Assembly (NCBI GenBank): GCA_012840445.1
Contig: DULI01000006.1
Span: forward strand, 63,240-127,239
Source: Clostridiales bacterium
Lineage (GTDB): Bacteria > Bacillota > Clostridia > Oscillospirales > Acutalibacteraceae
Direction: 5' to 3'
Length of the DNA: 64,000 bases
The notes beneath the pieces were generated by a model, which worked only from the letters and a program-made list of their open reading frames with translations, did not search any database and was not told the DNA's origin. This document shows positions 58,691 to 64,000 of the stretch, in pieces. Both the position numbers and the translations under genes were made by a program. Positions within the stretch are counted from its first letter, which is position 1. Each line of letters starts with the position of its first letter.

Positions 58691-59218
58691 ATGCCTGATA
58701 ACAATGAAGCAAAATGGTATGTGATTCATACTTATTCAGGTTACGAAAACAAGGTCGCCACTGACCTTGAAAAGATGGTGGAAAACCGCAAGCTTCAGGA
58801 CCTGATTCTGGACATCAAAGTTCCAACCGAAACTGTAGTTGAGATTAAGGACAACAAAAAGCGCGAGGTTGAGCGCAAACTGTTTCCGGGATATGTGCTT
58901 GTCAAAATGATTGTAACGGACGATTCCTGGTATGTCGTCCGCAATACCCGCGGCGTTACCGGATTTGTCGGGCCCGGTTCCAAGCCTGTCCCGCTTACCG
59001 ACGAAGAGGTCGAGGCTTTGGGTGTAGAAAAACGCAAGGTCGAGGTAAAATACTCGGTAGGCGACAATGTCAAGATTGTGGAAGGCCCGCTGGAAGGCTT
59101 TATGGGTATTGTTGACGAGGTCAACCTCGAGCGTAATGTTGCGCGCGTCATAATTTCGATGTTTGGCCGCGAAACACCGGTCGAACTCGAACTTAACCAG
59201 TTAGCTTTAATTGAATGA
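58691..59218 (+). CDS. nusG: transcription termination/antitermination protein NusG
   Basis: KWYVIHTYSGYENKV NGN domain and a KOW domain (GDNVKIVEGPLEGFMGIV). GGAG RBS precedes the ATG at 58691. Confidence 0.95.
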   Translation: MPDNNEAKWYVIHTYSGYENKVATDLEKMVENRKLQDLILDIKVPTETVVEIKDNKKREVERKLFPGYVLVKMIVTDDSWYVVRNTRGVTGFVGPGSKPVPLTDEEVEALGVEKRKVEVKYSVGDNVKIVEGPLEGFMGIVDEVNLERNVARVIISMFGRETPVELELNQLALIE

Positions 59219-59283
59219 TTTAATAAACTGACGGTTAAATTCTTTTAAGAATTTATTCCTGCAGCCGGAAGGCTGTCATGTCG

Positions 59284-59312
59284 CCATAGTGGGAGGAGAA
59301 CCAACTCCGCTG
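59284..59312 (+). promoter_or_regulatory. possible L1-binding mRNA mimic in the rplK leader
   Basis: ATAGTGGGAGGAGAA resembles the 23S rRNA L1-stalk segment GAUAGGUGGGAGGC as I remember it. Confidence 0.3.
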
Positions 59313-59357
59313 GGTGAACATAGTATCACCATTACCACGATTATTGGAGGTGCAAAT

Positions 59358-59783
59358 ATGGCTCAAAAAGTTGTGGGCTACATTAAACTGCAAATACCTG
59401 CTGGCAAGGCTACACCAGCTCCGCCTGTCGGACCGGCACTCGGTCAGCACGGCGTAAACATCATGGCCTTTACAAAGGAATTCAACGAGCGTACCAAAAA
59501 CGACGTAGGTCTTATCATCCCTGTCGTTATCACGGTTTACGCTGACCGTTCCTTTACCTTTGTTACCAAAAGCCCGCCTGCTGCTGTCTTAATCAAAAAG
59601 GCATGCGGCATTGAAAGCGGCTCGGGTACTCCCAACAAAACAAAGGTTGCCAAAATAACCCGCGAGCAGATAAGGAAAATCGCAGAGCAGAAAATGGCCG
59701 ACCTTAATGCTTCATCAATAGAAGCGGCTATGTCTATGGTAGCCGGAACCGCAAGGAGCATGGGCGTCGAAGTTGTCGATTAA
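59358..59783 (+). CDS. rplK: 50S ribosomal protein L11
   Basis: [43 protein letters not shown]. Confidence 0.95.
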   Translation: MAQKVVGYIKLQIPAGKATPAPPVGPALGQHGVNIMAFTKEFNERTKNDVGLIIPVVITVYADRSFTFVTKSPPAAVLIKKACGIESGSGTPNKTKVAKITREQIRKIAEQKMADLNASSIEAAMSMVAGTARSMGVEVVD

Positions 59784-59787
59784 TGCT

Positions 59788-59812
59788 CCTGGGTGGGAGG
59801 AAATTTCCGATT
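59788..59812 (+). promoter_or_regulatory. possible second L1-binding mimic between rplK and rplA
   Basis: CTGGGTGGGAGGAAATTTCC contains the same GTGGGAGGA core as 59289-59297. Confidence 0.3.
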
Positions 59813-59837
59813 TAACCACTCTATTGGAGGTACTAAA

Positions 59838-60533
59838 ATGAAAAAACACGGTAAAAAATATATTGAAAGCGCAAAGCTTATTGAACGCGGCAAGCTTTAC
59901 GATGTCAACGAAGCTTTGGAGCTTGCCTTAAAGACCAAAACCGCAAAGTTCGATGAAACGGTCGAATTGCACGTGCGCCTCGGTGTCGACTCCCGTCACG
60001 CAGACCAGCAGGTTCGCGGCGCGGTAGTCCTGCCGCACGGCACCGGCAAAACCATAAGGACCCTTGTGTTTGCCAAGGGTGAAAACGCCAAAGCCGCTGA
60101 AGCCGCCGGCTCCGATTATGTAGGCGCCGAGGAACTGGTGGCCAAAATCCAGAACGAGAACTGGCTGGATTTTGACGTTGTCATCGCCACCCCCGACATG
60201 ATGGGCGTTATTGGCCGTTTAGGTAAGGTTTTAGGCCCGAGAGGCCTCATGCCGAGCCCCAAAGCCGGCACTGTTACCACCGATGTGGCAAAGGCAGTTA
60301 CCGAAGCCAAGGCCGGTAAAATTGAATACCGCCTGGATAAGACCAACATCATCCACTGCCCAATTGGCAAGGTTTCCTTTGGTGCCGAGAAACTGCGCGA
60401 AAACCTCGAAACCTTAATGAGCGCAATCATCAAGGCAAAACCGGCCGCAGTAAAGGGTCAGTATATCAAGTCCTGCGTTATCGCTACCACCATGGGCCCT
60501 GGAATCAAACTTAACCCCAACAAATTTGTATAA
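59838..60533 (+). CDS. rplA: 50S ribosomal protein L1
   Basis: [35 protein letters not shown]. Confidence 0.95.
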   Translation: MKKHGKKYIESAKLIERGKLYDVNEALELALKTKTAKFDETVELHVRLGVDSRHADQQVRGAVVLPHGTGKTIRTLVFAKGENAKAAEAAGSDYVGAEELVAKIQNENWLDFDVVIATPDMMGVIGRLGKVLGPRGLMPSPKAGTVTTDVAKAVTEAKAGKIEYRLDKTNIIHCPIGKVSFGAEKLRENLETLMSAIIKAKPAAVKGQYIKSCVIATTMGPGIKLNPNKFV

Positions 60534-60536
60534 GGC

Positions 60537-60743
60537 TTGACTTATAGCTATATTTATGCTAATATATTCTAGCTGTTTCAATCCAAAGACAGCAGGTGCA
60601 TTTAATGCATAATGGATCTTCCGCCTGCCGAGGATAGAAAGCACATGTTTTGCCTTTATAGGTTTATTATGTGTGTTCATACCTATCCTCCGCGGAGGAT
60701 AGGTATTTTTGATTATGCGCAAAGTAGCCGGGAGGTGAATTAT
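60537..60743 (+). promoter_or_regulatory. promoter plus ribosomal protein L10 (rplJ) leader with attenuator
   Basis: Promoter TTGACT-17-TAATAT at 60537-60565. The structured leader ends in hairpin ATACCTATCCTCCGCGGAGGATAGGTAT plus a T-run (60679-60710). The upstream CCGAGGATAG can compete for pairing. Confidence 0.65.
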
Positions 60744-61280
60744 TTGCCAAGCGAGAAGGTTCTGGAGCAAAAGAAGCAGATTGTAGAAGAACTGTCCGAA
60801 AAGCTGAAAAATGCCGTATCAGGTGTCATTGTTGACTATAAAGGCATTAATGTCACCGAGGATACGCAGCTTCGCAAACAGCTACGCGAGGCCGGGGTTG
60901 ATTACTTTGTCGCCAAAAACTCCCTGCTATCCCTTGCGGCAGACAAAGCCGGCAAACCGGAGCTTAAGTCGGTCTTTAAAGGCACAACTTCAGTCGCCCT
61001 TAGCACTACCGACCATGTAGCCCCAGCCAAAATACTTGTACAGTTTGCAGACAAGGCTAAAAAACTTCAAATCAAACTTGGCTTTGTTGACAACTCAATA
61101 CTCGACGAAGCCGGAGTCAAGGCACTGTCCAAGCTCCCATCCCGCGAGGAGCTGGTCGCAAAGGTGCTCGGCGGCTTCAACGCCCCGATTGCAGGCTTTG
61201 TACATGTGCTTAACGCTAACTTAAGAGGGCTTGTAGTCGCCCTCAATGCCATTGCCGAGAAAAAAGGAAAAGGCGAATAA
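60744..61280 (+). CDS. rplJ: 50S ribosomal protein L10
   Basis: TTG start 6 nt after GGGAGGTG. The product matches L10 ([34 protein letters not shown]). Confidence 0.95.
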   Translation: MPSEKVLEQKKQIVEELSEKLKNAVSGVIVDYKGINVTEDTQLRKQLREAGVDYFVAKNSLLSLAADKAGKPELKSVFKGTTSVALSTTDHVAPAKILVQFADKAKKLQIKLGFVDNSILDEAGVKALSKLPSREELVAKVLGGFNAPIAGFVHVLNANLRGLVVALNAIAEKKGKGE

Positions 61281-61312
61281 AAATAAAATTTAAATTAGGA
61301 GGATTTATTACT

Positions 61313-61693
61313 ATGGCATCCGAAAAAGTTCTTAAATTAATCGAAGATGTTAAAGCCCTTACAGTTCTTGAATTGTCCGAGCTTGTTAAGGCTCTCGAAG
61401 AGGAATTCGGCGTATCCGCTGCAGCTCCCGTTGCTGTTGCTGCTGCCGCTGCCGCTCCTGCCGAGGCCGCTGCTGAAGAAAAATCCGAATTCGATGTAAT
61501 TCTCGCTGCTGCCGGCGCCGAGAAGATTAAGGTCATCAAGGTTGTCCGCGAGATCACCGGTCTTGGCCTTGCAGAGGCAAAGGCGCTCGTAGACGGCGCT
61601 CCCAAGCCTGTTAAAGAGGGCGTTGGCAAAGACGAAGCCGAAGAAATCAAGAAGAAGCTCGAAGAAGTCGGCGCAAAGGTTGAACTTAAATAA
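61313..61693 (+). CDS. rplL: 50S ribosomal protein L7/L12
   Basis: An Ala-rich hinge is followed by [34 protein letters not shown]. Confidence 0.95.
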   Translation: MASEKVLKLIEDVKALTVLELSELVKALEEEFGVSAAAPVAVAAAAAAPAEAAAEEKSEFDVILAAAGAEKIKVIKVVREITGLGLAEAKALVDGAPKPVKEGVGKDEAEEIKKKLEEVGAKVELK

Positions 61694-61710
61694 GATTTGT
61701 TTTCTTAAAA

Positions 61711-61743
61711 AACCGCTATGGTTTGCAGCCATAGCGGTTTTTT
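61711..61743 (+). terminator. intrinsic terminator after rplL
   Basis: AACCGCTATGG-TTTGCAG-CCATAGCGGTTTTTT. Confidence 0.8.
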
Positions 61744-62041
61744 GCAGGTTTTCTTAAATCCCCCTAATCCATACCCTCCACTTCGGCCTTTAATTAAATC
61801 CTTAAAACCTTGCCGAAGCAATTATTTTGTCCCAAAAAAGCTATACGCATAGCTGTGCAATTTTACGATATTTAGTAAAATTAATTGATTTATAAACAAA
61901 ATTAGTGTATTATATAATAGCGGGAATTTTTTTTGGAGCCAAAATCAGCAGTAATTGCCATTAATATACGGTTATTAGTGGAGAGCTCCAAGTAGTTCTC
62001 CGTTTTTTTGATTAAAGTACTGCAAAGGGGATATGCATTAG

Positions 62042-63433
62042 ATGAAGGTCAATTTTACCGAAACGGTACTGCGCGACGCAAACCAGTCTTTGATTGCCAC
62101 GCGCATGCCTTTTTCCGATTTTGAGGGGATATTGGAAACCCTGGATAACGCCGGCTACTATTCCCTCGAATGTTGGGGTGGGGCTACATTCGATTCCTGT
62201 TTGCGCTATCTTAACGAGGACCCGTGGCAACGGTTGAGAAAGATAAAGGCCAAGGTCAAAAAAACCAAGCTGCAAATGCTGTTACGCGGACAGAACCTCC
62301 TTGGGTACAAGCACTACCCCGATGATGTGGTTAGGCGATTTGTAGAGCTCTCCGTAAAAAACGGCATCGACATCTTCCGCATTTTCGATGCGCTCAATGA
62401 CTTTCGCAACATAGAAGTCGCAGTTGATGAGGTGCTTAAACAGGGCGCCCACGCGCAGGGGTGCATATGCTATACAACAAGCCCGATTCATAACCTGGAA
62501 AAATACGCGCAATTAGGCAAAGAGCTCGAAGCTCTTGGTGTCCATTCAATTTGCGTTAAAGATATGGCCGGAATTTTAGGGCCGCAGGAGGCTTACGATT
62601 TAATAAAGGCTCTGAAAGAATCTGTAAGCGTACCGGTATTTCTACATACACACTCCACCACAGGCTTAGGCCCCATTACTTACGTAAAAGCCATCGAGGC
62701 TGGTTGCGACGGTATCGACACCGCAATATCTGCATTCTCGGGCGGCACCTCCCAGCCCGCAACCGAGACTTTAAACTATACACTAAAGCAAATGGGCTAC
62801 GACACCGGCCTTAAAGATGACATGCTAAAACAGATTAACGACTATTTCAAACCTATAAAATCAAAATATATTTCAAACGGCCAGTTGGACGCCTTCGTTA
62901 TGGGAACCGAAACCGACGCGCTGACCTATCAGATTCCCGGCGGTATGCTCTCAAACCTCATTGCTCAGCTAAAGGCCCAAAACGCTATTAATAAGCTCGA
63001 AGAGGTTCTGGCAGAAGTGCCCAACGTGCGCAAGGACCTTGGCTACCCGCCATTGGTCACACCCATGAGCCAGATGGTAGGCGTCCAGGCGGCAGCGAAC
63101 GTGCTGGCAGGGCAACGTTATAAAAACGTGTCCAAAGAGATAAAGGCGTACTTAAGGGGCGAATACGGCAGGGCTCCCGGCCCGGTCAACCAGGAGCTTG
63201 TAGAAAAGGTGCTTAATGGAGAAAAGCCCATAACCGGACGTTTCGCCGACACATTGGAACCTGCCTTTGAAAAAACCAAAAAGGAACTTGGCAGCCTTGC
63301 AAAAAGCGATGAAGATGTGTTGTCCTATATCGCATTCCCGCAGCTTGCCGAAAGGTTCTTTAAATCGCGCGAAGCAGGTTTTGAGCGGGTTGTGGCCTAC
63401 TCAATTTCGGTAAAACAGGAGGAAGCCAAATGA
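62042..63433 (+). CDS. oxaloacetate decarboxylase alpha-type carboxyltransferase (5S/HMGL-like TIM barrel) without a biotinyl domain
   Basis: FTETVLRDANQSLIATRM, KDMAGIL and HTHSTTGL. 463 aa, ending before any biotin attachment motif. Confidence 0.85.
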   Translation: MKVNFTETVLRDANQSLIATRMPFSDFEGILETLDNAGYYSLECWGGATFDSCLRYLNEDPWQRLRKIKAKVKKTKLQMLLRGQNLLGYKHYPDDVVRRFVELSVKNGIDIFRIFDALNDFRNIEVAVDEVLKQGAHAQGCICYTTSPIHNLEKYAQLGKELEALGVHSICVKDMAGILGPQEAYDLIKALKESVSVPVFLHTHSTTGLGPITYVKAIEAGCDGIDTAISAFSGGTSQPATETLNYTLKQMGYDTGLKDDMLKQINDYFKPIKSKYISNGQLDAFVMGTETDALTYQIPGGMLSNLIAQLKAQNAINKLEEVLAEVPNVRKDLGYPPLVTPMSQMVGVQAAANVLAGQRYKNVSKEIKAYLRGEYGRAPGPVNQELVEKVLNGEKPITGRFADTLEPAFEKTKKELGSLAKSDEDVLSYIAFPQLAERFFKSREAGFERVVAYSISVKQEEAK

Positions 63434-63762
63434 CGGTAATCGAATCACTGCCCTATGCCCTTTTTTGCATGGCTGTCGTTTTCGCTGCACTGATAGCTTT
63501 GTGTTTAATAATTAAGGTGTTTTCCTTCCTTTTCGGGCGGATGTCTGGAGAAGAAACAAACTCCGGCACTACCCCGCAAGCGGCAATTAAAGCTGCCCCA
63601 CAGACTGTCAGCACAAATCAGGTGTCCGGCACCTCTTCCGGCCAGCTGACCCTGAAGGGCGTAGACGAACCCACCGCCGCGATTATCATGGCAGTTATAA
63701 GCGAAGATTTGGGAATGCCGCTTGAACAGTTAAGCTTTAAATCTATTAAATTAGTTAAGTAA
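63430..63762 (+). CDS. OadG family (decarboxylase gamma chain-like) small membrane protein
   Basis: An N-terminal TM helix (LFCMAVVFAALIALCLIIKVFSF) is followed by a hydrophilic tail. The gene sits between the carboxyltransferase and the biotin carrier. Confidence 0.7.
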   Translation: MTVIESLPYALFCMAVVFAALIALCLIIKVFSFLFGRMSGEETNSGTTPQAAIKAAPQTVSTNQVSGTSSGQLTLKGVDEPTAAIIMAVISEDLGMPLEQLSFKSIKLVK

Positions 63763-63781
63763 ATAGCAAAGGAGTAATCAC

Positions 63782-64000
63782 ATGATTTACAAAGTCAGAA
63801 TTAACGATAAAGAATATGAAGTAGAAGTTGTAAAAGGCAATCATGCAGATGTAAATGCAAGTGCTCCCGCAGCCGCTCAAACCCAAAATGCGCCCAAACC
63901 GGCAGCACCTGCCCCCGCCCCTGCCCCTGTGGAAGCTTCCGGCAATGTTGTCGCAGCCCCAATGCCCGGCACCATTCTCGATGTCAAGGTCGCCCCTGGC
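63782..64000 (+). CDS. biotin carboxyl carrier-type protein (partial; runs off the window)
   Basis: MIYKVRINDKEYEVEV, then an Ala/Pro linker (APKPAAPAPAPAP), then VAAPMPGTILDVKV, the start of a biotinyl/lipoyl domain. Confidence 0.75.
   Translation, partial: MIYKVRINDKEYEVEVVKGNHADVNASAPAAAQTQNAPKPAAPAPAPAPVEASGNVVAAPMPGTILDVKVAPG

Noticed and set aside
59289-59357. GTG-started extension of rplK, and the similar extensions 59793-59837 for rplA and 60612-60743 for rplJ
   Set aside because: These are leader regions. The ribosomal protein N-termini and RBSs define the downstream starts.
61243-61732. 135-aa and 131-aa minus-strand ORFs
   Set aside because: They are antisense to rplL. The Ala-rich hinge gives long open frames on the opposite strand.
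61980-62012. Terminator-like GGAGA...TCTCC plus T7 just upstream of the carboxyltransferase gene
   Set aside because: The stem is only 5 bp with a long loop, too weak to call an attenuator.

Overview
The window looks like chromosomal DNA from a Firmicutes/Clostridia-type genome with moderate GC. Supporting signs are strong AGGAGG-type RBSs, a protein with a C-terminal dockerin (so probably a cellulosome producer), a GTP-type PEP carboxykinase and Clostridial-style operons. About 65 CDS are supported and most are housekeeping. They include the rpmG-secE-nusG-rplKAJL cluster, polA, prfA, t6A genes (tsaC, tsaD, rimI), trpS, gap, nadBC, ddl plus a Mur ligase, a PiT phosphate transporter, galU, hisF and pck. 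There is also a TPP-riboswitch-controlled NMT1/THI5-type ABC importer and the start of a Na+-pump-type oxaloacetate decarboxylase cluster. I found no transposase, integrase, CRISPR array, tRNA or rRNA, and no recognisable defence system. The observations most worth follow-up are: (1) a five-gene operon made only of three Gfo/Idh/MocA oxidoreductases and two xylose-isomerase-like TIM barrels; (2) a GC-rich structured RNA of roughly 180-230 nt with its own -10 box and terminator (6S-like fold, identity unconfirmed); (3) an asparagine-synthase homolog whose glutaminase nucleophile and Gln-binding residues are substituted; (4) a MurF-like ligase whose N-terminal domain is replaced by a polytopic membrane domain, next to ddl; (5) a SecE carrying a four-TM N-terminal extension; (6) an orphan consensus promoter-sORF-terminator unit; (7) two decay scars, namely an nfeD/flotillin deletion remnant and a frameshifted zinc-ribbon membrane gene. 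All functional calls come from reading the translated ORFs and motifs from memory. No database search was run.
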